A stretch of 64,000 nucleotides of DNA from an uncultured virus (IMG/VR IMGVR_UViG_3300021400_000789) (lineage: Duplodnaviria > Heunggongvirae > Uroviricota > Caudoviricetes), in IMG/VR virus record IMGVR_UViG_3300021400_000789. One strand, 5' to 3'. This document shows positions 54,637 to 63,548 of this stretch, in pieces. Position numbers and translations under genes: made by a program. Under the pieces are notes generated by a model that did no database searches, was not told the origin of the DNA, and was given only the letters and a program-made list of their open reading frames with translations. Numbering within the stretch: position 1 is the stretch's first letter; the number at the start of each line of letters is the position of its first letter.

Positions 54637-55468
54637 TACGGAAAGAGAAAGAATAACCGCAATCTGCGAAGTCGCAGGCGTGGCTGAGATTGATGATTTA
54701 TCTGATGGATTTCACACATTTAGACAGCTTTACTATCAGCGCATGATGCTATTTGCCACAATCGTAAGGCAGAACAAGGATAAGGCATGGAAGTCGCTCA
54801 GGCACGAGGACGGAGAACTTTGCTTTGGCGGTGGGTGGTTTATCGTTGGCATTGATACGCCGGAAGGAAGTTACACGTACCACTATGAGGACAACTATTA
54901 TTCACTGTTTGATTGCGAAGAACTTGAGCGTGGCAAGCATTGGGACGGGCACACCGAAAAGGATGTAACAAGGCTGCTATCACTGCCAAAGGCACAACTT
55001 TCTCGGGAAGGCACAACTTCCGACCTGATAGACAGACAGAAGGCGATAATGGACGCAGAATCATGGGTTGCGGTAGATGAGTACGAAAAGCATCTGCAAA
55101 AGAATGTCGTTGAATGGCTCAAAAAGTTTCCGCCCGCAGAACTTGGCGTTGGCACGGACACGATCAGCCGGCAGGCGGCTATCGATGCGCTTGACTGTAT
55201 CAATGGAACAGAGGAAGTATTGAGATCTTTGCCACCCGCACAGCCCGAACCGCAGTGGATTCCGTGTTCGGAGAGGATGCCGGAAACTGGCGTTGAGGTT
55301 TTAACCTACGATGAAGCCTTAAATTATATCGAGATTCAAACGGTTAGCGATGGAAGATGGGAGAACCAGCGTGGCGATTGGCAAGATCTGGATGATATTG
55401 CTGCATGGATGCCACTGCCAGTTCCGTATCAGAGGGGAGGTGAAGAAGATGTACGAAAGCCCGATTGA
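54629..55468 (+). CDS. WDGH-motif domain fused to DUF551-like domain
   Basis: SDGFHTF..LY..WDGHT; WIPCSERMPE..AWMPLP. Confidence 0.7.
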   Translation: MTDTERERITAICEVAGVAEIDDLSDGFHTFRQLYYQRMMLFATIVRQNKDKAWKSLRHEDGELCFGGGWFIVGIDTPEGSYTYHYEDNYYSLFDCEELERGKHWDGHTEKDVTRLLSLPKAQLSREGTTSDLIDRQKAIMDAESWVAVDEYEKHLQKNVVEWLKKFPPAELGVGTDTISRQAAIDALDCINGTEEVLRSLPPAQPEPQWIPCSERMPETGVEVLTYDEALNYIEIQTVSDGRWENQRGDWQDLDDIAAWMPLPVPYQRGGEEDVRKPD

Positions 55469-55892
55469 GTATGTAACAAGTGAGCTGACAAAGCAGCTAG
55501 AGGGAGATGTCTTGACCCTTGCACAGAGTTATGGCGTTCGCGTAGACAAGGATGAGCTGATCAGGGCATTGAACTATGACCGCCAGCAGTATGAAAAAGG
55601 CTTTGCCGACGGCAAGGCGGCTGCGGGGAACTGGATTCCTTGTACGGAAAGGATGCCACACAACACGGGTGACTTTTATCTTTGCACAGCTAAATTAAGT
55701 GTGGATGACGAATATGAAGTAGAGTTGCTTATGCTGGACACAGCAAATGATTTCGATAAATCCTATTTTTCAAATTGCATCCATAATGGCCTTGTTTTTC
55801 GGGAATGGTGGAACGGCGGAAATGAAGCACTTGATGTTATAGCATGGATGCCGATGCCTGAGGCATACAAGGAAGGAGGCGAAAGGATATGA
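55449..55892 (+). CDS. DUF551-like protein
   Basis: WIPCTERMP..IAWMPMP. Confidence 0.7.
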   Translation: MYESPIEYVTSELTKQLEGDVLTLAQSYGVRVDKDELIRALNYDRQQYEKGFADGKAAAGNWIPCTERMPHNTGDFYLCTAKLSVDDEYEVELLMLDTANDFDKSYFSNCIHNGLVFREWWNGGNEALDVIAWMPMPEAYKEGGERI

Positions 55893-56308
55893 AAATCATT
55901 CAGCTGGCGCACAGAACGGTAGACGAACTTCTTGAAGAGATATTTGCAATTACGAGCAAGCAGGAGATCGATACAAACGATAGACGTGTTCTCTATGCTC
56001 TGGCCTGTGCGATGAAGAACCGGTATGAGAATGACGTTCCGAAATGGATACCGGTGAGCGAGAAGCTCCCTGAGCTCGACGAGGACGGATACAGCCAGAA
56101 GGTGCTCGTTAGCTTCGACCTGAGCACGGTCATCGAGATCATGGAGTACCGGGTAACGGACGGTGTCGGCAAGTGGTATATCGGGGATTCCGAGGACAGT
56201 CCGGAAGACATCGGTCTGCACGCTGTCGCGTGGATGCCGATCCCGGAGAGATATGTAAGGCCAGCCGATGCGGAAACGGCGCAGGGCGGTCTCGAAAGCG
56301 CAACATAA
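55889..56308 (+). CDS. DUF551-like protein
   Basis: WIPVSEKLPE..VAWMPIP. Confidence 0.7.
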   Translation: MKIIQLAHRTVDELLEEIFAITSKQEIDTNDRRVLYALACAMKNRYENDVPKWIPVSEKLPELDEDGYSQKVLVSFDLSTVIEIMEYRVTDGVGKWYIGDSEDSPEDIGLHAVAWMPIPERYVRPADAETAQGGLESAT

Positions 56309-56338
56309 AGCATAAAATGCATAAAGGCGGAAAAGAAT

Positions 56339-56848
56339 ATGACATTTGAACTTATCGAGAATTACAGGAAAATCTTGAAGCCGGCCATAAGCAGTTTGCT
56401 CGGAAGAACGAACTATGAGGGCAAGGGACAGCTGTATCAGGAAGAGTTAGAGAAGGATTTCGACGAGCTCCTCAATCTGGCGCTTGCCGGGCTTGCTGCC
56501 TGCCAGGAATCCGGGGAGAACTGGAAATACGTCGAGAAGGACGGGAACCCTGCGGAAGCAGGCATGTACTGGGTAACGCTCCTGTATGATGAGTGCTACA
56601 CCGAGGGCGATTCTCAGGAGGTCAAATTCACCGGAAAGAAGTATGCCGCTGTTGAGACAAGGTATTTCGGGGACATCACCAACGACCCCGAGCTCGCCGG
56701 ATGGGCGATGGCGGGAGAGCCGAATACCGGGCTCGTCTGGACGGAGGAGACAGGAAGCCATTTCGGTGAGAAGGTCTGGGCGTGGATGCCGATCGGTGCG
56801 GTATCGATCGCGGAGCTCCCGGAAGGGTACGTTGCAGCCAATGAATGA
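56339..56848 (+). CDS. Divergent DUF551-like protein
   Basis: WKYVEKDGNP..VWAWMPI. Confidence 0.6.
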   Translation: MTFELIENYRKILKPAISSLLGRTNYEGKGQLYQEELEKDFDELLNLALAGLAACQESGENWKYVEKDGNPAEAGMYWVTLLYDECYTEGDSQEVKFTGKKYAAVETRYFGDITNDPELAGWAMAGEPNTGLVWTEETGSHFGEKVWAWMPIGAVSIAELPEGYVAANE

Positions 56849-56867
56849 TGTGAAAGGAGCGGACAGC

Positions 56868-57080
56868 ATGGAATATACATTGCCCATACCGGGCGCGGTC
56901 TACCAGAACAACACGACGGGGAAGAAGGTGGTCTTCCTCTGCATACATGGGAACGAGGCGCATTTCATCAACGGGGACCTGACGAGCGGGACAATGGACG
57001 AGGTCGAGTTCATCGACACGCACCACGCGACAGGCCGTGAGGCAGATCTGGACACGATACTGCACGCCATCTGGGAGTGA
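56868..57080 (+). CDS. Hypothetical protein
   Basis: AAAGGAG RBS. Confidence 0.55.
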   Translation: MEYTLPIPGAVYQNNTTGKKVVFLCIHGNEAHFINGDLTSGTMDEVEFIDTHHATGREADLDTILHAIWE

Positions 57081-57093
57081 GGAAGGAGAACGA

Positions 57094-57492
57094 GTGAAAA
57101 GCATAGACCAACTGAAACAGACGCCGAACCTTTGCGTCACCGGAAGGAAGACCAGCTACGGGCTGGACAGGTTCCACGTTTATGAGGGTTTCGTCGACTG
57201 GCCGGGCTTCAAGGGGAGTGTGATCTTCGGTTATGACGAAGCACACCTGATGGAGCATGTCAGCGTCAGCTGCCACAACAGGAAAAAGCTTCCCACATGG
57301 GACGATATGTGCAAGCTGAAAAAGATGTTCTTCAACGATGACGAGATGGTCGTGCAGATCCATCCGTCCGAGGAGAACTACCTGCACGGGGTGAGCCGTC
57401 CGGGATTCAAGACGCTCGAGAACGTGCTTCACCTGTGGCGTCCGATGGACGGGGACTTCTCGATCCTCAACACGCCGGAAAGGTGGCAGTAA
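57094..57492 (+). CDS. Hypothetical phage protein
   Basis: EHVSVS..PTWDDMC..K..FF..QIHP..LHLWRP. Confidence 0.7.
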   Translation: MKSIDQLKQTPNLCVTGRKTSYGLDRFHVYEGFVDWPGFKGSVIFGYDEAHLMEHVSVSCHNRKKLPTWDDMCKLKKMFFNDDEMVVQIHPSEENYLHGVSRPGFKTLENVLHLWRPMDGDFSILNTPERWQ

Positions 57493-57501
57493 GGAGGGGC
57501 T

Positions 57502-57879
57502 ATGGGAATGACCGAAAATGATGCGGGCGAACTTGAACGCCTGATTGAGAAGCTCGGGGGAAGTATTCAGCCGATCATGCAGGAATCCAGGATGAAGGAG
57601 TCAAGTACCGATGCCTTTCTGGTGACGGAGCAGGTGGAAAAGCTGAAGGAAGCGTTCGCGAAGGTGGCGGAAGCAGCGCAGAATGCGCCCGCTATGCTTA
57701 TTGTGTTCGCGAAAGAAGTGGAGGCCGCGGAGCCGTCCGATGCGCTCGACAGCGACCCCGTGAGGGACATTGCATGGCTGAAAAAGGCGATCAAGCACAG
57801 CAGGAACCCAATGGAACGCAAGAGGCTCGAAACAGAACTGAACACGGCGTACAAACGCAGGAAGAGGAAGACTGGATGA
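57502..57879 (+). CDS. Hypothetical protein
   Basis: AAGGAGG RBS. Confidence 0.65.
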   Translation: MGMTENDAGELERLIEKLGGSIQPIMQESRMKESSTDAFLVTEQVEKLKEAFAKVAEAAQNAPAMLIVFAKEVEAAEPSDALDSDPVRDIAWLKKAIKHSRNPMERKRLETELNTAYKRRKRKTG

Positions 57880-58082
57880 ACCAAGAAGGATATGCGGACC
57901 CGACGGCCGAAAAGGCGGTGTCCAACGTCATGAGGGACGGCAGGCACACGAACGTGCAGGACAAGAGCGCCGCCATCGCCTATCTCGTGCGGATGCTGAA
58001 GAACGAGGCGAACGCGATGGGCTTCGATATCATCAACCGCATCGAGTTCAGGGACAAGAGGACCGGAGAGGAGTACCGCTGA
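57876..58082 (+). CDS. Hypothetical protein
   Basis: NQEGYADPTA..GF..RI..DKRTG. Confidence 0.65.
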   Translation: MNQEGYADPTAEKAVSNVMRDGRHTNVQDKSAAIAYLVRMLKNEANAMGFDIINRIEFRDKRTGEEYR

Positions 58083-58294
58083 TGTACCACAGATGCCAGA
58101 AATGCGGCAAGCAGCTCACGGATCCGGAAAGCATGATACGTGGGTACGGACCGGAGTGCTGGTGCGAGATCGTGAGGGCTGTCGCAAGCGCCATGGACAG
58201 TGACGCAGGACAGATTCCGGGTCAGATGAGCATTTGGGACCTTATGGAAAATGATAAGGAGATAGATGATGCAGGAACCGAAGAAATATTATGA
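58082..58294 (+). CDS. Zn-finger protein (DUF6011-like)
   Basis: CQKCGKQLTDPES..GYGPEC. Confidence 0.7.
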   Translation: MYHRCQKCGKQLTDPESMIRGYGPECWCEIVRAVASAMDSDAGQIPGQMSIWDLMENDKEIDDAGTEEIL

Positions 58295-59060
58295 GATCTA
58301 CGCCGTTGATTTCGACGGCACGCTCACCGAGAAGTCGTGCTGGCCGTGGATAGGCGAGCCGAACAGGCCGTTCATCGAATGGCTGATCAGGGAGAGGGAG
58401 AGAGGCGTCAAGCTGATCCTGTGGACGAACCGTGTTGGAGACCTGCTCGACGAAGCCGTCGAGTGGTGCCGTGCCCAGGGACTCGAGTTCGATGCCGTGA
58501 ACGACAATATCCCGGAAATGAAAGAAGCGTTCGGGAATAATCCTAGGAAGGTCTTCGCGTCGAAGTATTTCGATGACAGGAACAGCTGGTGGATCGATGT
58601 GGACAGCGGGGAAGGACCGCTCACCATGGACGAGGCGATCGCCCACTGCTACGATGTAGCTGAGAAGAAGAAGGACTGCGAAGAGTGCTGCATGATGCAC
58701 CTGATGCTCGCCAGATGGCTTGAGGAGCTGAAGGACAGGAGAAAGGCGGAAGCGGTGCAGAAAGCCATCGACAGCGGTCTTGCCCCGGTAGGGGCAGGTG
58801 AGGGCGCAATGAAATCAGATGAACTGATCTGCACGAGGCACGAGGAGATAATGAACATCTGCAGGGAACAGTTCGAAGACCTCCCGCCGGAAGCAGAAGC
58901 GCCCCAGGAGTACAGCGGGGTCTATGAAGCTTTCAGGAAGATACTCAGCGAGGCGGGAAAGGCATTGGAAGACGGGCAGAACATGGAGAACCGACTGACC
59001 GAGTACTACACAGCCATTAAAAACCTCGGATTTGAGCGGAGAAAGGCAGGTGAGGCATGA
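58266..59060 (+). CDS. HAD-superfamily domain protein with C-terminal fusions
   Basis: AVDFDGTL, LILWTNR, RKVFA..YFDDR. Confidence 0.75.
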   Translation: MMQEPKKYYEIYAVDFDGTLTEKSCWPWIGEPNRPFIEWLIRERERGVKLILWTNRVGDLLDEAVEWCRAQGLEFDAVNDNIPEMKEAFGNNPRKVFASKYFDDRNSWWIDVDSGEGPLTMDEAIAHCYDVAEKKKDCEECCMMHLMLARWLEELKDRRKAEAVQKAIDSGLAPVGAGEGAMKSDELICTRHEEIMNICREQFEDLPPEAEAPQEYSGVYEAFRKILSEAGKALEDGQNMENRLTEYYTAIKNLGFERRKAGEA

Positions 59061-59329
59061 TGGAAGCGGTCTATCGCTGCTCGCTCTGCGGAACGAGGTA
59101 CGCGGAAGGAAAGACGTCATCCGTCCTCGCCGAGGCATACCTGCAGACGCTCCTTGCCAGCGGTGAGGAAAGCGCCTCGCTCATCGGATATACGGGCAGG
59201 GTCTACAGGAAGACGGTGCACAGATGCCCGGACGGGGCGTTCGGGATCGGAGAGATCATAGGATTCAGGCCGGAGGGAAAAAAGGATGGCGGTGAAAAGG
59301 ATATGCCCCAGGTGCGGGAGCGAATATGA
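59057..59329 (+). CDS. Hypothetical Zn-binding protein
   Basis: YRCSLCG..HRC.DG. Confidence 0.6.
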   Translation: MMEAVYRCSLCGTRYAEGKTSSVLAEAYLQTLLASGEESASLIGYTGRVYRKTVHRCPDGAFGIGEIIGFRPEGKKDGGEKDMPQVRERI

Positions 59330-59531
59330 CAGGCCTCCCGCCATGTCGAGGGTGGACAGCAGCCTGATCTGCCCGATGTGCGGGTACAAGGAAGCCCTGC
59401 AGACAGCTGTGGAACATGGTATAATGGACGAGGCACAGATGGAAGAGATTCTCGGCGCGATCAAGGAGGCGGAAAGTGGCGGAACTGGGAGAGAACAGCA
59501 AGTTCGTCTACATGACGGAACAGGAACTTAA
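59286..59531 (+). CDS. Zn-ribbon protein
   Basis: CPRCG..PAMSR..ICPMCG..EAL. Confidence 0.65.
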   Translation: MAVKRICPRCGSEYDRPPAMSRVDSSLICPMCGYKEALQTAVEHGIMDEAQMEEILGAIKEAESGGTGREQQVRLHDGTGT

Positions 59532-60078
59532 GGACATCATCACGGAAGCGGCTGCGGAAGGGGCGAGGATCGCCATCGCGGACCGTGACCGAAAGAACGA
59601 GGCGGAAGTGAAGAGGCAGAACGACCAGCGCCTCTACAACATGCAGAAGCTCCTGCAGAACTACCGGCACATCCGGTCGAACTTCCTCGAGACGATAAGC
59701 AACGGCGCGCAGGCAAGGGAGCAGACCCAGGAGGAAGCGATCCGAAGGCTCATGGAAGGGAAGGACGATGTTGACGTCGCCGCCCTTGAGACCACGAAGA
59801 CCAGGAGCGGCATCATCATTGCCGACGTCGACAAGATGATGAAGGTCTTCCGGAAAGAGTGCGACCTTAAGGGCGAGATGGGGAAGCGCATGTACGACGT
59901 CATCCGCTCCATGTATTTCCTGAAAAAGCCGAAGTCCGTCAAGGAGCTGGCCGAGAAGTGGGACGTGTCCAAGGTCACGATCAACAACGACAAGAACCGC
60001 GCGATCGAGATCCTTTCCACGAATACGTTCGGGATGGCGGCAGTAAAAAATTATCATCAAAATAACGGCAAGCGTTAG
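59476..60078 (+). CDS. Late-gene transcriptional regulator (ArpU/RinA-like position, C-terminal HTH)
   Basis: KLLQNYR; SVKELAEKWDVSKVTI; last gene before the late promoter. Confidence 0.7.
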   Translation: MAELGENSKFVYMTEQELKDIITEAAAEGARIAIADRDRKNEAEVKRQNDQRLYNMQKLLQNYRHIRSNFLETISNGAQAREQTQEEAIRRLMEGKDDVDVAALETTKTRSGIIIADVDKMMKVFRKECDLKGEMGKRMYDVIRSMYFLKKPKSVKELAEKWDVSKVTINNDKNRAIEILSTNTFGMAAVKNYHQNNGKR

Positions 60079-60138
60079 TTATTCACAGATATATGTGGAC
60101 AATGTGGACACAAAAAAACGGCAACCGTTAATTTTATC

Positions 60139-60217
60139 TTGACTTAATTCACAAAAACTCATATGATAAGTGGGTAATATCATGTCATGGGGCCGCTGGA
60201 AAGACCAGCGGCCTTTT
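60139..60217 (+). promoter_or_regulatory. Late promoter followed by a terminator-like hairpin
   Basis: TTGACT-17-TATGAT (60139-60167); GGCCGCTGG-AAAGA-CCAGCGGCC-TTTT (60191-60217). Confidence 0.6.
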
Positions 60218-60292
60218 CCATTCATCCGGGGAGAGGAGGTTGGTTTTGACGGAACGGAATGCCCTTCAAATAATATCCCAAGGAGAAGGAAG

Positions 60293-61702
60293 ATGAATGG
60301 ATTTATCATACTCGCGGTATACGCAGCAGTGATGCTCGCCGCGACTTTTTTATTTGCAAAGCAGGGCAGGGGGAGCGACGATTTCTATGTCGGAGACAGG
60401 AAGATGGGCCCGGTCGTGTCCGCCATGAGCATTGCCGCCACATGGATATGGGCGCCGGCACTGTTCACCTCGGCGGAGAAGGCGTACTCGAACGGATTGC
60501 CGGGTCTTTTCTGGTTCCTGGTCCCGAACGTCCTTTGCCTGATGCTGTTCATTCCTTTTGCGAAAGCTATCCGCAGAAGGATGCCGGCAGGGATCACGCT
60601 GTCCGGCTTCATGGGCCATGAATACCAGAGCGACGGTGTGAAGAAGATCTACGGGATACAGCTCGCCGGTCTCACGATCCTGTCGACCGCTGTCCAGCTG
60701 CTTGCAGGCGGCCGGATCCTCAGCAACGCGACAGGTATAAACTTCACGCTGACGACGGTACTGCTGGCCGTGATAGCGTATTCTTATTCACAGTTTTCGG
60801 GAATACGGGCATCCGTCATGACGGACGTCGTGCAGATGCTCTTTATCCTCGCTGCATGCGCAGTATTCGTACCGTGGGCCATAAGCATGCCGGGGGGCGC
60901 AGAGAACCTCCTGAAAGGCTTCCACGGATTCACAGGGGACTACAATTCACTTTTCGACGCGAAGGGCATGGAAGTGCTGCTCGCGTTCGGGCTGCCCACA
61001 GCCATCGGGCTCATATCCGGGCCATTCGGTGACCAGTGCTTCTGGCAGAGGGCTTTTTCCATCGACGAGAAGAAGATCGGGAAAGCGTTCCTGCTCGGCG
61101 CGGTCCTTTTCGGTCTCGTGCCTCTCAGCATGGGGATCATAGGCTTCATAGCCGCCGGCTCCGGATACGCGGCGCAGGACAAGGGCATTGTCAACTTCGA
61201 GCTGATCAGGGCGCTCTTCCCGTCATGGGTGGTCGTCCCGTTCCTGTTCATGCTCATGAGCGGTCTCCTGTCTACAGTTGACAGCAACCTGTGCGCGGCT
61301 GCGTCGCTGACGACGGACTGGCAAGTTGCCGGCAAGTTGGAAAATGACGGAAAGATGAGGCTTCCGAAGGCCGTCATGGTCCTCCTGCTGGTCATCGGCA
61401 TCTTAATTGCCAACATCCCAGGCCTGACAGTGACGCATATGTTCCTCGTATACGGGACGCTGCGCGCGACAACGCTCCTGCCGACAGTCATGACACTTTG
61501 CAGGGTGAGGCTGAAGGCGGAAGGCGTCATCACCGGGGTGGGCGTGGCTCTGCTCACCGGACTTCCGGTATTTGCGTATGCAACGATACATGAGCTGCCG
61601 CTCCTGAAGACAGGGGCGAGCCTTTATACCGTGCTGATATCCGGTCTCATTGCCGTCATCCTCTCGGGGATGGGGGCGCGTTCAGGGGAAACGGCTGCCT
61701 GA
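60293..61702 (+). CDS. Sodium:solute symporter (SSS) family transporter
   Basis: Many TM segments; DFYVGDR, SIAATWIWA, GIRASVMTD.VQ, FWQRAFS and LSTVDS. Confidence 0.88.
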   Translation: MNGFIILAVYAAVMLAATFLFAKQGRGSDDFYVGDRKMGPVVSAMSIAATWIWAPALFTSAEKAYSNGLPGLFWFLVPNVLCLMLFIPFAKAIRRRMPAGITLSGFMGHEYQSDGVKKIYGIQLAGLTILSTAVQLLAGGRILSNATGINFTLTTVLLAVIAYSYSQFSGIRASVMTDVVQMLFILAACAVFVPWAISMPGGAENLLKGFHGFTGDYNSLFDAKGMEVLLAFGLPTAIGLISGPFGDQCFWQRAFSIDEKKIGKAFLLGAVLFGLVPLSMGIIGFIAAGSGYAAQDKGIVNFELIRALFPSWVVVPFLFMLMSGLLSTVDSNLCAAASLTTDWQVAGKLENDGKMRLPKAVMVLLLVIGILIANIPGLTVTHMFLVYGTLRATTLLPTVMTLCRVRLKAEGVITGVGVALLTGLPVFAYATIHELPLLKTGASLYTVLISGLIAVILSGMGARSGETAA

Positions 61703-61776
61703 GGGCAGAACGAACCCGCCATCGGCACGTTCATGCCATTGCCCTTCTTTTCATAGACGGAAAGGAGGGCATTTTT

Positions 61777-62403
61777 ATGCAGATCAACAGGATGAAGCTG
61801 GCGGACATGCACAAGCCGGAGAAGAACGTCCGGATGCATACCGAGAACCAGTTGAAAGAATATGAGCGCTCGGTCCGCATGTTCGGCCAGACGAGACCCA
61901 TTATTGTAGATGAGGATGGGCTTGTACTGGTCGGCAACGGACTGTATGACACGCTCGTAAGGATGGGTGAGACGGAAGCGGATGTGTACCGCATGACGGA
62001 CCTCACACCAGCCGCAAAGAAGAAACTCATGATCGCGGACAACAAGATCTTCAACCTCGGCGTCGAGAACCTGACCGTCCTGAACGAGTTCATAGAGGAA
62101 CTGAGGGACGACCTCGACATACCGGGCTTCGATGAAGACATCCTCCGGGACATGGTGGCGGATGCCGAGGAAGTGACCGAGACGATCGCAAGCTACGGGC
62201 TGCTCGATGAAGAGGAAGTGCAGGAAGTAAGGCAGGCAAGTGCCGAACGGGAAGCGAGGCGGGAAGCCTCCCCTGAGCCCACAGAAAGAGCTGTGAGCGC
62301 TCAGAACAGCCCAGACGACTTACAGACTGCCGAAGCCGGGGAGAGCGCTGAGAACGGCAGATTCATCACATGCCCCAAGTGCGGTGAGAAGATATGGCTG
62401 TAA
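61777..62403 (+). CDS. ParB-like N-terminal domain protein with C-terminal Zn ribbon
   Basis: NVRMH, FGQTRPIIVDE..LVGNG, IADNK and CPKCG. Confidence 0.85.
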   Translation: MQINRMKLADMHKPEKNVRMHTENQLKEYERSVRMFGQTRPIIVDEDGLVLVGNGLYDTLVRMGETEADVYRMTDLTPAAKKKLMIADNKIFNLGVENLTVLNEFIEELRDDLDIPGFDEDILRDMVADAEEVTETIASYGLLDEEEVQEVRQASAEREARREASPEPTERAVSAQNSPDDLQTAEAGESAENGRFITCPKCGEKIWL

Positions 62404-63548
62404 AGCGGAAGCAGGGAACGATCAACGTGGTGCAGGCCGCGGAGATGCGTGTACGGAACGTCTTTAGGAACGGCCTCCCTGTGTACATGAGCTTTTCCGG
62501 AGGGAAGGACAGCCTGTGCCTCGCGAACGTGACCCTCGAACTGATCCAGAGGGGCGAGATCGACCCGGCACAGCTGACAGTTCAGTTCATCGACGAGGAA
62601 GCGATCTTCCCGTGCATCGAGGAGATGACCAAACAGTGGAGAAGGAAGTTCCTCATGGTGGGAGCGAAGTTCGCGTGGTACTGCATGCAGTACAGGCATT
62701 TCAACTGCTTCAACGCATTGGAGAACGACGAATCCTTTATATGCTGGGACGCGGAAAAGTCTGACAGGTGGGTAAGACAGCCACCGCCGTTCGCCATAAG
62801 GAACGACCCGCAGCTCCGGGAAAGGGTGGACTCCTATCAGCAGTTCCTCGACAAGAAGTGCGCGATGGGGATGACGATGGTCGGCGTACGGACAGCGGAA
62901 TCGCTGCAGCGCCTCCAGAACATCGCCAAGGTCCCGCACCAGAGGAAAGGATCACTGGGAAGACGGAAGATCTATCCGATCTACGACTGGAAGGATTCGG
63001 ACGTCTGGCTCTACCTGAAGGAGCACAAGGTCGACATCCCGGACATATACCTCTACATGTGGCAGGCCGGCGCGACCAGGAGACAGATGCGCGTCTCGCA
63101 GTTCTTCTCCGTCGATACCGCAAGGTCGCTCGTCAAGATGAACGAGTATTACCCGCACCTGCTCGACTCCATCATACGCCGTGAGCCGAACGCCTACCTC
63201 GCCGCCCTTTACTGGGACTCGGAAATGTTCGGCAGGAGCACGAGGACGAGGCGCACGCTCGAAAAGGAGACAGAAAAGAAAGACTACCGTGCGGAACTGA
63301 ACCACGTTTTCAGGAACTTCGACACGTATTTCCAGACAAAGCACAAAAGGAAAGTGGCAAGCGCCTACAGGAACTTCTACCTGTCGACCGCCGCGCTCCT
63401 GAACGACCAGCAGGCAAAGAGCCTGTATGAATCACTGATGGCCGGCGACCCGAAGCTGAGGAGCCTGAGGGCGCTGTACCAGAACGTCTACAGCAAATAC
63501 GTGGAAAGCGCGAAGGAAGAATTGAAAGCGAGGCCGAATGATGGATAA
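62394..63548 (+). CDS. PAPS-reductase-fold protein (IbrA/DndC-like PP-loop)
   Basis: SFSGGKDS, FIDEE, GVRTAESLQR, YPIYDW and MRVSQFF. Confidence 0.88.
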   Translation: MAVKRKQGTINVVQAAEMRVRNVFRNGLPVYMSFSGGKDSLCLANVTLELIQRGEIDPAQLTVQFIDEEAIFPCIEEMTKQWRRKFLMVGAKFAWYCMQYRHFNCFNALENDESFICWDAEKSDRWVRQPPPFAIRNDPQLRERVDSYQQFLDKKCAMGMTMVGVRTAESLQRLQNIAKVPHQRKGSLGRRKIYPIYDWKDSDVWLYLKEHKVDIPDIYLYMWQAGATRRQMRVSQFFSVDTARSLVKMNEYYPHLLDSIIRREPNAYLAALYWDSEMFGRSTRTRRTLEKETEKKDYRAELNHVFRNFDTYFQTKHKRKVASAYRNFYLSTAALLNDQQAKSLYESLMAGDPKLRSLRALYQNVYSKYVESAKEELKARPNDG

